Source: an uncultured virus (IMG/VR IMGVR_UViG_3300031281_000001) (Duplodnaviria > Heunggongvirae > Uroviricota > Caudoviricetes). Taken from it: a DNA stretch of 64,000 nucleotides. Location of the stretch: the IMG/VR virus record IMGVR_UViG_3300031281_000001; one strand, given 5' to 3'. Under the pieces are notes generated by a model, which worked only from the letters and a program-made list of their open reading frames with translations, searched no databases and was not told the DNA's origin. Below, in pieces: positions 37,095-46,686 of this stretch. Each line of letters opens with the position of its first letter. The first letter of the stretch is position 1. The position numbers and the translations under genes were made by a program.

Positions 37095-38168
37095 ATGTTG
37101 AGGAGTGTAGAAATTTACAATTTTCTTAGTCATAAAAATACAATTGTTCATTTTGTTTCTGGTGTTAATGTGATCGTAGGGCTTTCCGATTCAGGAAAGT
37201 CCGCGATCATTAACGCTCTACGTTGGGTCATATTTAATCAACCTATGGGGGAATCATTTCGTTCGTGGTGGGGTGGATCTACGTGGGTAAAAGTTACAAC
37301 GGACAAATATGAAATAACAAGGCTGAGAAACGATACAGAAAACGGTTATATTTTACAATCCCTTAAAAAAGATTCGGTAAAATCACGTTTCAACGCAATA
37401 AAAAACGGTGTACCAGAAGAAATAACACGAGCATTAAATATAACCGATGTGAATTTTCAACGTCAAGTTGATACACATTTTTTACTGAGTGAAACACCTG
37501 GTGAAGTGGCGAAGTATTTCAACAAGATTGCGAAACTTGATTCAATTGATATTGCTACCACTAATATTAATTCGTGGATAAATGAAATAAATAGAACAAT
37601 TAAATACAAAGAAACAGATTTAGAAAAAAACAAAGAAAAACTTTCGACATTCAATTTTGTAGAAGAACTGGAAACCCAAGTTGAAGTTTTGGAAATTTTA
37701 CAAAGTCAATTGGAAAAAACACGAAATAGAAAGGAAAAACTATTAAATGTATACACACAATTAGTAAATGGTTCAAAAAGTATTGCAAAAAAAGAAAAAG
37801 AAATTGAAGTCGAACCTTTAATCAATTACATTATAAAGAATATTGAAAGACGTAATGCGATAAACAATACAAAAGATTTGATTACAAAATGGTTTTTAGA
37901 TTACAAAGAAGTCAATTCAGCAATAATAGAAAGTACTATGTTTTTGGAATCAGAAAAACATATTGATTATTTAATTAAACTGAAAAATGGTAAAGATGCG
38001 TTAGTAAATAAAAAAAATGAACTTTCTAATCTATACGTAAAACTAAATAAAATGGAACGTGATGTAGGTACATCGGGGGATCATTATAATTATTTATACA
38101 ACCAATTAGACGAAAATATGCCGGAAACGTGCCCTTTTTGTGAACAAACAATTAAAAAGAAAAAATAA
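37095..38168 (+). CDS. SbcC/Rad50-like ATPase, N-terminal half
   Basis: NFLSH, GLSDSGKSAII.AL (Walker A), Q-loop and coiled coil ending in a CPFC Zn hook; start moved to 37095. Confidence 0.85.
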   Translation: MLRSVEIYNFLSHKNTIVHFVSGVNVIVGLSDSGKSAIINALRWVIFNQPMGESFRSWWGGSTWVKVTTDKYEITRLRNDTENGYILQSLKKDSVKSRFNAIKNGVPEEITRALNITDVNFQRQVDTHFLLSETPGEVAKYFNKIAKLDSIDIATTNINSWINEINRTIKYKETDLEKNKEKLSTFNFVEELETQVEVLEILQSQLEKTRNRKEKLLNVYTQLVNGSKSIAKKEKEIEVEPLINYIIKNIERRNAINNTKDLITKWFLDYKEVNSAIIESTMFLESEKHIDYLIKLKNGKDALVNKKNELSNLYVKLNKMERDVGTSGDHYNYLYNQLDENMPETCPFCEQTIKKKK

Positions 38169-38362
38169 TATGGCAACCATAAGAGGTGTAGACATAGGGG
38201 AAGAGTTATGTAGAGCTCTAAAATTAAATGCACATGAAATAACATCAATTACGATTCATCTTCCAGCAAACGATATAGTAACAGTAGATGTTACTATGTA
38301 TGCCACGAAGGATTTTGTAAAAGAACTGATTGAAACAATAAAACATTATCATTTAGAAAAAG

Positions 38363-39226
38363 ATGATTAGAAAGAAGAAACAGCCGGATCTCATCTTAAC
38401 TTCTGACTGGCATATCCGGGAAGATGCACCAATATGCAGAACAGATTTTCAAAAAGAACAATGGGAAGCTGTTGACTTTGTAGCAAACTTACAATGTAAA
38501 CATAATTGCCCTGTTTTACATGCTGGTGATCTGTTTAATTATTGGAAACCTTCACCTTGGTTATTGTCCAAAACAATAATACATTTGCCTAAAAAGTTTT
38601 ATACTGTATATGGCAATCATGATTTGCCTCAGCATAACTTAAATTTACAAGAAAAAAGTGGTATATATACTTTAGAACAAGCAGATATCGTAAATGGTAT
38701 TACACCTAAAGGAATGCAATTTTTAAGTTGGGGAATGGTTCCTTTTGAAAATGACGATGATATTTTAGTTTGGCATCGTTTCACATGGCAAGGTACACGT
38801 CCATGGCCTGGTTGTGTACATTTACCTGCTATTGAATTATTAAAAAAACATTCACGTTTTAATTTAATTCTCACAGGTGATAATCATGTTCCATTTGTTG
38901 AAGAACGTAAAGGTAAAATATTGGTTAATCCAGGACCTCTTACAATTCAAAAAGCAGATGAAACTAATTTACCACGTGTCTATTTGTGGTATTCGGATAC
39001 AAACATGGTAGAACCTGTTTATCTACCATACCATAAAGAAACTTACACACGGGAACATTTGGACAAAGTTGAAGCACGTAACGAAAGAATTGAAATATTC
39101 GTAAATTCTTTAAATACAAAATTTAAAGCTGCTTTATCTTTTGAAGACAATTTGGAACAGTTCGAAAAAGAAAATAGTATACGTAAATCAGTAATGGAAA
39201 TAGTTTATAAATCCATAGGAAAATGA
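38363..39226 (+). CDS. SbcD/Mre11-like nuclease
   Basis: SDWH, AGDLF, GNHD, GDNH and NPG. Confidence 0.9.
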   Translation: MIRKKKQPDLILTSDWHIREDAPICRTDFQKEQWEAVDFVANLQCKHNCPVLHAGDLFNYWKPSPWLLSKTIIHLPKKFYTVYGNHDLPQHNLNLQEKSGIYTLEQADIVNGITPKGMQFLSWGMVPFENDDDILVWHRFTWQGTRPWPGCVHLPAIELLKKHSRFNLILTGDNHVPFVEERKGKILVNPGPLTIQKADETNLPRVYLWYSDTNMVEPVYLPYHKETYTREHLDKVEARNERIEIFVNSLNTKFKAALSFEDNLEQFEKENSIRKSVMEIVYKSIGK

Positions 39227-39661
39227 CAAGAAAAGTATATGAGAATTTAGTGAATAATATTCGTTGTAGTACATATCACATGAATGATAAACAAGCAAAG
39301 GAAGTTATTGATAAATATTTAAAAAGTTTTCCAGAACTTTTAGATTTTCATCCAGCAGAATGGTATTATAAATATTGTTAAAATTTAAAAATATGAGTGA
39401 AACACATAAATATGATGAATTTGCTGCAATGAAAGAAAAAATAGTAGCAGCAACACGTTATAAAATACAAATAATAGTAACTGAACGTGACGAAGAAAAA
39501 GAAAAATCTATAAATCATATGCAACAAGAAGTAAGTAGATTATTTAGAAGTAGAGAAGCAATGATTGAAGAATTTTTGAATTGTAAAGATTACGATTCAC
39601 AAATCATATGTATTCAAGCATTCGATTTAATAAACAAAAATATTAAACTAATTTTGGGGAT

Positions 39662-39868
39662 ATGAAAATGCAAAAATTAACAGATGAATCAAAAATGCCA
39701 TATGGAAAATACAAAGGGACGAAGATGGCAAATGTTCCAGCTTCCTATTTACTCTATATAAAAGAGCAAGGGTATGCAAGTCACGATGTTGCGGAGTACA
39801 TTTTAGAAAATCTAAAAGCTATTATAATAGAAATCGAAAAAGAAAAGGAGGAAAATGAAGATGAATGA
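39662..39868 (+). CDS. Small MPFGKYKG-motif protein
   Basis: MPYGKYKG..MANVPASYL. Confidence 0.75.
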   Translation: MKMQKLTDESKMPYGKYKGTKMANVPASYLLYIKEQGYASHDVAEYILENLKAIIIEIEKEKEENEDE

Positions 39869-40103
39869 AAATGATCTAATGCAACTGAAAAGGAAAGTTG
39901 ACGAAGCAAAAACAAATTTGAACGTTTTAAAAGGTCAACAAGTAGCACTAATGAAACAATTGAAAGATAATTGGGAATGTACTACAATTAAGGAAGCTGA
40001 AAAAAAACTGATGGAAATGGGCACGGAACTCACCAAAATATCCAGCCAGATTAAAAAGGGATTAATTGAACTTGAATCTAAATATGATTTTGACGACAAC
40101 TGA
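39855..40103 (+). CDS. Small coiled-coil protein, possibly part of the split SbcC system
   Basis: Heptad pattern; lies between the two SbcC halves. Confidence 0.6.
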   Translation: MKMNENDLMQLKRKVDEAKTNLNVLKGQQVALMKQLKDNWECTTIKEAEKKLMEMGTELTKISSQIKKGLIELESKYDFDDN

Positions 40104-40160
40104 TGTTTATAGGAATTACTATCAAATAAATTTGTGTAAAACCATTTTAATATTGAAAAC

Positions 40161-40595
40161 ATGAGAATACTTTTAATTTTATTGCTATTGAGTTTAAAAC
40201 TAAGTTTAAATGCTCAATTATTTGTTACCATTGAACCAGCTCATTTTAGACCAGGAATAATGTACGGACAAAACTTTGACAAGTTTGGTTTGTATGCTAA
40301 AGCATGGTACGGAACGATTAAATCAAAAAAAGACATGCCCTATTTCTATACTAAAAACATTAAAGTAGGTCTTGGTACTTCTTACAAGATAAATGGATTA
40401 GGAAGAGTTTATGTTGGCATAAACCATAATTACTTTTTTAACTCCTATAATTTAGAAATAAGTGGAGTAAACAAAATTCATAAAACTTCATTTGACATTG
40501 GAATAAGCGGCACAGTTGCAGGTCGGTTTTCAATCTTGTTAATGTCAGATATATGGAATTGGGAATCAAATATTGGTGTGGGTTTTAATTTTTAA
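40161..40595 (+). CDS. Putative small outer-membrane beta-barrel protein
   Basis: Signal peptide ending LNA-Q, alternating amphipathic strands and a C-terminal VGFNF beta-signal. Confidence 0.65.
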   Translation: MRILLILLLLSLKLSLNAQLFVTIEPAHFRPGIMYGQNFDKFGLYAKAWYGTIKSKKDMPYFYTKNIKVGLGTSYKINGLGRVYVGINHNYFFNSYNLEISGVNKIHKTSFDIGISGTVAGRFSILLMSDIWNWESNIGVGFNF

Positions 40596-40852
40596 GGTAT
40601 GAAAACAATTCTAAAAGCAATAGCAATTCCATTCCTATATTTATTTGCATTTTTCATCAAATGTTGCATATGGGGGATATTGGGTTTGAAATGGTTCAAA
40701 AGTTTATTTACCAATCGTCCAATAGGTACTAGAATTTTATATAAAGATACATATTGGATAAAGGGCAGGAAAGTAAGCATATACGAAGCGATTTTACACT
40801 GCTTACAAAATACCAAAAAGTAATTATATAAATGCCGAAAAACTGATAAAGA

Positions 40853-41476
40853 ATGAATATAAAAGAGATCAGAAACAGGCTGGAAAGAATAAAGGGGGAA
40901 CGTTCCAGTATTGGGAAAACGATAAATTCCATCCGATTAGAAATTAAGGAATGTAAAAGGAATTTACAAAGGCATGAGGAAGCCAGGGAAATCATTCGAG
41001 AAGTCGGAATGAAAACACAGCAACAATTACAAACCCATATTTCTGACATAGCTTCGATGGCAATGGATTCGGTATTTCCAGAACCGTACACGTTGCAAGT
41101 AGAGTTTGTACAACGTCGAAACAAAACGGAATGTGATCTGTACTTCGAACGTGACGGAAATAGAATAGATCCTATGGAAGCATCTGGATTTGGTGCTGTT
41201 GATGTGGCTGCAATAGCTCTTCGTGTTGGTTGTTGGACAATGCAAACTCCACGTTCCCAAAATATACTCATACAAGACGAACCTTTTAAATATTTGAAAG
41301 GGGAGGAACCTAATAAACTTGTTCTGGAAATGATACGTGAAATTTCTAATAAAATGGGTATGCAAGTAATTATGGTTAGCGACGAACGTATATCACGCGA
41401 GGAAATAATGGAATCGGCGGACAAAGTAATTGAAGTTACAATACGTAATAAACGAAGTAAAGTAAATGAATTATAA
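40853..41476 (+). CDS. SbcC/Rad50-like ATPase, C-terminal half
   Basis: Coiled coil, signature-like ASGFG, Walker B ILIQDEPF and QVIMVS. Confidence 0.82.
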   Translation: MNIKEIRNRLERIKGERSSIGKTINSIRLEIKECKRNLQRHEEAREIIREVGMKTQQQLQTHISDIASMAMDSVFPEPYTLQVEFVQRRNKTECDLYFERDGNRIDPMEASGFGAVDVAAIALRVGCWTMQTPRSQNILIQDEPFKYLKGEEPNKLVLEMIREISNKMGMQVIMVSDERISREEIMESADKVIEVTIRNKRSKVNEL

Positions 41477-41490
41477 AAAAACAAAGAAAG

Positions 41491-41847
41491 ATGAATAAAG
41501 AAGAAACCATAAATCGAATACTCTTGGAAATTAGGACCAAGAGTATTCTACCTACACCCGATTACACTCCAACGATAGATCATTATGTTCCTATTAGATT
41601 TGTACAATTTTATTTAGAACTTGCTTTTACAGCAGGATATGACAAAGGTAGATTTGAAATTGGGCATGGAAAAAAAGTTCGACAACTATTAAATGGAAAA
41701 GAAATAAAAGTGTGGGATAGTGCATCTGCTGCCGCACGAGGAATGAAATATTCACGGAATACTGTTGCAAATGCAATAAAACATAATTATAAAACTGAAC
41801 ACAAATACAATTGGGAATACATAAATGAAGAAAAAAAGAAACCTTGA
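41491..41847 (+). CDS. NUMOD1-type DNA-binding domain protein
   Basis: KKVRQ..NGKEIKVWDSASAAAR...YNWEY. Confidence 0.7.
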   Translation: MNKEETINRILLEIRTKSILPTPDYTPTIDHYVPIRFVQFYLELAFTAGYDKGRFEIGHGKKVRQLLNGKEIKVWDSASAAARGMKYSRNTVANAIKHNYKTEHKYNWEYINEEKKKP

Positions 41848-41866
41848 AATCTCACGACGTCAAGGC
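41832..41866 (-). terminator. Terminator where the early/middle and late arms converge
   Basis: Minus strand CCTTGA-cgtcgtgagatt-TCAAGG followed by TTTCTTTTTT. Confidence 0.6.
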
Positions 41867-41904
41867 TCTACTTAATCAACCCAATAAAAACAAAAAACCC
41901 AAAT

Positions 41905-42195
41905 TTATGATTCTAACATTTCAAAACTCTGTCCTAAAATAAGTGGCGGATAGAATTTACCGATTGAATCTTTGATGATTGCAACATCCTCAGCCGATAA
42001 AGTCACAGTATCTATACTGTCCCTAAATTTTTTATAGATTTCCCACTTTTCAAATTTCTTTTTACGGTCATCCCCTTCCATAGGGGTTAGAACAGCCGCA
42101 ATACACACTTCCTTTAAGGTTAAAGGATTACCTTTTTCAATAATAGACGTTTTTCCGTCTATGTTTTTCAATTCTTCGTTAATTTTAATTGTCAT
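41905..42195 (-). CDS. Hypothetical tail-associated protein
   Basis: Last gene of the tail operon. Confidence 0.6.
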   Translation of the reverse strand: MTIKINEELKNIDGKTSIIEKGNPLTLKEVCIAAVLTPMEGDDRKKKFEKWEIYKKFRDSIDTVTLSAEDVAIIKDSIGKFYPPLILGQSFEMLES

Positions 42196-42223
42196 TGTTT
42201 TACTATTTATTTGATTAATAAAT

Positions 42224-44566
42224 TTAAGAAAAATTATAAAACACCTGCCCAGTCACAGTATCTACACATAAATTTCTCACGTCCGGATTTCCCCCCGTAT
42301 AATTAGCAATACCTTTTATATACATCAACATTGTAGAACTCGTTGTTTCTACTTCAAATAAATTCTCATAGCCTTTTTTCATACTAATTAAGCTGTTATC
42401 AGCATATAATATCCAATCATAATCACTATCACTATCTACACTGGCATCCTTTCTAAATTCAAAATAAGGATCAATATTTGAAGAATTTTCTCTTCCGATT
42501 AATTTAAATAAAGGAGAATAGTTTGCCGGGGCAGGAGACCATATTTCAAAAGACGCTCTTGTTGTATTCATGTGTATATAATTTACAGACTTATTCCCAG
42601 TGCCAACTACTAAATCATTTATATACGCTTCACCACTTGGTTTTACTCTGAATGGGGCTGTCGCTCTGTTCGCATATGTAGATCCAGCATAAAAAGGATA
42701 ATCAGTAGGAGCCATGCCCGATGATGACGTTGCAGTTCCTGTATCTTTAGCTAAATATGCAGAATTTATCGTCCAACCTCCTATATCCCCTGATGTTGCA
42801 TTAATTACCCCTCTAATACTCAATGCCGCACCACTCTGATCCCATGATAACCCTGCACCACCACCAGCGTAATCACCAAGTACCATATTGCCGGAATTGT
42901 CCATATAGGTTTTCCATGCCCCTGAAGTATAATAACCCATGTATGTAGAAGATAAAAATAAGCCGCTTCCGGTAGGTGTTCCTAATGTTCCTGGTATATT
43001 TGACAAATTTGTATTCCAATTAGCACCTACGGTTGCCCCCGCAGCCGCAGCATTATCCAATGTTGTTTGATCTATATCACCTGGATTAGCGATAATTATT
43101 TGTCCTTTCAAATAAATATTATCAGAGTATAATCCATACCCACTTAAAGCCCCACCAAAATCGGCATCAGTTATTCCAGTTAACTTGCCTAATCTAACTT
43201 TTGTTTTATCTGTAAAAGTATAACCATCATCTATTCCATCTAAAACATCAATATAAGGGGCATTTGAATCACTAGAGGTTATATAAATAGCTCCTTGCCT
43301 ATTTGTTATATACTCATTTCCAACCCTAACTAACACATCCCCCACAGATGGCGTACCTGCACCATCTATAATACGCATATAAAACGTATCTACATATGGG
43401 GATCCTGTTCTTGCTGCGATATACGCTGTATAATACTTAACGCCTGTACCAGTCCATTTTTGACAACGTACAAAATCCCCTCCCACAAAAGGTGGATCCC
43501 CACCAATAGGAAAATTATCATCATCTATATAACATGTATACCCATTTCCAGCACCAGGGTAACTGTCATAATAAGGGTTTAAAGCATACCCCGTTAATTT
43601 AACAGAATCAGTAACCCATAAAGAACCGTTTGTAGCCCTAATTTGATTAATAACAAGTTCATATACATTCATTGATTTGCGAACATACAAATTATCTACA
43701 GATAATGTATTCACCCCCGAAGAATCTTCTTCCAAACGCCAACCACTACCGGCAAAGCCACTAAAAAATGTTTCACTTCCAATGTTGTCTTCAAATAAAA
43801 CTTCTCCTGTAAAATAACCAGTACCATCTACTGTTAATTTAAAATTAGGATCTGTTTCGTTTATTCCAACATTACCATCAGCCCTTATTCTCATTCTTTC
43901 CACAGAAGAGTTCCAAAAAGTTAATGGAGCGGCTTCATCTGTAAACATATCAAAAGACCAAACACCTGTTAATGTACCCAGATGCCCAATCCTTCCAACA
44001 AGATCCGTGCCAGCATCACTTATAAAAGCAATAGCATGATCTACATTAGCGGCAGTTCCACTAATTCTTCTTATGATCAATTGATTATTGTCTGTACTAT
44101 TTATATCTAATTTGACAGATGGTGCAGTAACTCCTAATCCAACATTTCCTGAATTATTATTATAAATATCATTTCCATTTGGAGTCCAATATCCGCCATA
44201 AATATCTTTGTAAGCCCCACCATTTTCGGACATTTTGAAAGTATTTGCAGTACTATCAAAATAAATAATACCTTGCCCAGCAGTAGAAACACTTGGAGCT
44301 GCTATACCCCGTATCGTTAATGCCCCTTCCATATCAAGTAACGTTCCAGGTGCATCCGAACCAATCCCCATCCCTATCGCATGATTATCTGCATCAATAA
44401 ATAAGGTGTCTGTATCAAATGTATAACTTCCAGTAGCGTCATCCCCCGTTTTGAGTAAATAACTACCCAAAGCACCTGTACTAGACCCACCACCTATAAT
44501 ACTATAATAATTTCTTTCATCGTAATTATTTCTTCGATATGAACTATATGTAATTTCTCCTGCCAT
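42224..44566 (-). CDS. Tail fiber / tail tip protein
   Basis: GNVGLG..PS.KLD and ERMRI..DGNVGI repeats; VDNLYVRKSM.VYELVINQIRATNG; Gly-rich. Confidence 0.75.
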   Translation of the reverse strand: MAGEITYSSYRRNNYDERNYYSIIGGGSSTGALGSYLLKTGDDATGSYTFDTDTLFIDADNHAIGMGIGSDAPGTLLDMEGALTIRGIAAPSVSTAGQGIIYFDSTANTFKMSENGGAYKDIYGGYWTPNGNDIYNNNSGNVGLGVTAPSVKLDINSTDNNQLIIRRISGTAANVDHAIAFISDAGTDLVGRIGHLGTLTGVWSFDMFTDEAAPLTFWNSSVERMRIRADGNVGINETDPNFKLTVDGTGYFTGEVLFEDNIGSETFFSGFAGSGWRLEEDSSGVNTLSVDNLYVRKSMNVYELVINQIRATNGSLWVTDSVKLTGYALNPYYDSYPGAGNGYTCYIDDDNFPIGGDPPFVGGDFVRCQKWTGTGVKYYTAYIAARTGSPYVDTFYMRIIDGAGTPSVGDVLVRVGNEYITNRQGAIYITSSDSNAPYIDVLDGIDDGYTFTDKTKVRLGKLTGITDADFGGALSGYGLYSDNIYLKGQIIIANPGDIDQTTLDNAAAAGATVGANWNTNLSNIPGTLGTPTGSGLFLSSTYMGYYTSGAWKTYMDNSGNMVLGDYAGGGAGLSWDQSGAALSIRGVINATSGDIGGWTINSAYLAKDTGTATSSSGMAPTDYPFYAGSTYANRATAPFRVKPSGEAYINDLVVGTGNKSVNYIHMNTTRASFEIWSPAPANYSPLFKLIGRENSSNIDPYFEFRKDASVDSDSDYDWILYADNSLISMKKGYENLFEVETTSSTMLMYIKGIANYTGGNPDVRNLCVDTVTGQVFYNFS

Positions 44567-44577
44567 AAGTAATTTAT

Positions 44578-46686
44578 TTAAGAAATGTCATCATCATCTA
44601 CAAATTCCTTTAAGCTCAAATCATTCATCGTTTTAGATTCTATACTGTAACGATACCCATTTACATAAAAATTATTTCCAAAATATTGAGCATCTACTAA
44701 ACTAAAAGGCTTCAATATTCTATAAAAGACGTCACTAGTTATTTCTCGTCTAACTTTATTAAAAATTTGATATCGATCTTCAATCAATTTCTGAACTAAA
44801 GGCAAAGGGCCTTGACTGAATCCGTCTTCCCATTGTTCTGTTAAATCTAGTGTGTCTTCAGAATTAAGAATAGAATTAAGCATGTTTAAAGAAGCTCCAT
44901 CATACAATGTTATTTCCTTTTGCATTGTGTCTACGAAATTATCTGAAACAGAACCCTTATGTTCATTATCATTAACATCCCCATTTACACTTATAACAAT
45001 ATCCCCAAATACAGAATTTTTCAAAGCATAATGACATGGCGGATCTACAACATAAAAATTATAAGGTACAGAAGCAAAAGGATTATAATAACCTAATTGA
45101 CATAGGCCAAACACAAAAGAAGGCGCTGTACTCTGTAAATCTTCCTTAAAATCATCAACAGCAATAGAAATAGAAAATTCAGTAGAAAATGTTTCTGGTT
45201 CTGTAAAATTTGCATATGCAATAGGTTTAACAATAATCGCTGGATCTATTTTACTTGCATCATTTAAAATAATATCAGATCGTGTAACCATTTCATACTT
45301 TCCGTCATCCGAATTATACACTACATATTGACCTGCCCCAAAGAAGTCTTCACGTAAAAAGAATCTTACATAGAATACATGATCATTTGGATGTGCCCTA
45401 CAATCAGTCAAAAAAGAAGAAAGATTATCTATAAAATTTTGAGGAATCCTAAATCTAAATTTTAAGGTTAAAGTCGTATCATTAGATTGATTTAGAGTTA
45501 TCTTAAAAGCAGTATACAATCCTGATAAAGATTCAGTGTAAGCCTCATACATATGGCTGTATGTAAATGCTGTTCCAAATAAAAACTCATAAATAGTGTT
45601 TTGTGATGTATAATTAATCAATGTATTCTGTAAATCCGCACAATTGGCCATATAGTAATAATTGGTTCTATATACCCAATCTGTATTAGCATCAATTTGC
45701 CAAGTCAAATAGTCAGGTACAATATCTTCCACATCCGGGTCACTTCCACTTGCAGTTTCAATTAAATTATCATAATAATAATTTAGTAAATTGATTTTAA
45801 GTTTTTCATTTAAACTTATACGAACTTCCTTAAGCCCAGGTTTATATGTTAATCTTTGTGAACGTTCCGTATATCTTAATTTTGCATTATCATTACCTGT
45901 TTCATAAATAGTATTTGTTTCATCATCCGTGGACTTCGTATCGTTTATTTCATAAACTACATAATGCTTTGTAGCCCATCCTAAATCTTTTACACGTTCA
46001 ATATACCATTTATGGTTCCAATAGTAAATTTTACAATCAAAAGATTCTATTGCTGCCTGTAAAATAGTTAAACAGTCTTGGTATTCATTATCATTTTCTA
46101 AAAATAAATCAGAATGAACATATTTTTCAAATAAAGAAGATGTTGCAGTTGCATAATCAAAACCAGATGAATCCCCCCATTCATGCAAAGAACAACTTAC
46201 ATATATTGGCAAAGTCAAACCCGTAAAAGACAAACAATGTTTTATAATACTAATCAAGGTGTATGTTGTCCGAGTAGTAAACATTGTCGGTTGGAACGAA
46301 GATAATCTCTTTAAATTATTTGTTGCATTGACAATAACAATTCCTTTGGACAAAAAGGATTGTTCTACAATAGCACAAGGAATAAACCCTTCAAAATAAG
46401 TGATAGAAGCATCATGTATTTTAACATAGAATTGAAAATCATTTACCGTAAACAAATCTTCCAACTCGAAAAAATCATCCCTATCGTTTATAATCTGTAT
46501 TTCAGCATTAACGGAAACGATCGAATCAAAATAATCTGTTGTATCCATTGTTACTTTAGTACCATCTCTAGCAATAGTCAAAGCCGTAACACTTCCAGAA
46601 TAATCATCCTCGTATATACTAATATAAACAGGATCTACTTCCGAAAGTGGGTATACGGTTGACTGATATTTTAATTCATACGCCAT
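44578..46686 (-). CDS. Tail tip / baseplate hub protein
   Basis: 702 aa directly downstream of the tape measure gene. Confidence 0.6.
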   Translation of the reverse strand: MAYELKYQSTVYPLSEVDPVYISIYEDDYSGSVTALTIARDGTKVTMDTTDYFDSIVSVNAEIQIINDRDDFFELEDLFTVNDFQFYVKIHDASITYFEGFIPCAIVEQSFLSKGIVIVNATNNLKRLSSFQPTMFTTRTTYTLISIIKHCLSFTGLTLPIYVSCSLHEWGDSSGFDYATATSSLFEKYVHSDLFLENDNEYQDCLTILQAAIESFDCKIYYWNHKWYIERVKDLGWATKHYVVYEINDTKSTDDETNTIYETGNDNAKLRYTERSQRLTYKPGLKEVRISLNEKLKINLLNYYYDNLIETASGSDPDVEDIVPDYLTWQIDANTDWVYRTNYYYMANCADLQNTLINYTSQNTIYEFLFGTAFTYSHMYEAYTESLSGLYTAFKITLNQSNDTTLTLKFRFRIPQNFIDNLSSFLTDCRAHPNDHVFYVRFFLREDFFGAGQYVVYNSDDGKYEMVTRSDIILNDASKIDPAIIVKPIAYANFTEPETFSTEFSISIAVDDFKEDLQSTAPSFVFGLCQLGYYNPFASVPYNFYVVDPPCHYALKNSVFGDIVISVNGDVNDNEHKGSVSDNFVDTMQKEITLYDGASLNMLNSILNSEDTLDLTEQWEDGFSQGPLPLVQKLIEDRYQIFNKVRREITSDVFYRILKPFSLVDAQYFGNNFYVNGYRYSIESKTMNDLSLKEFVDDDDIS

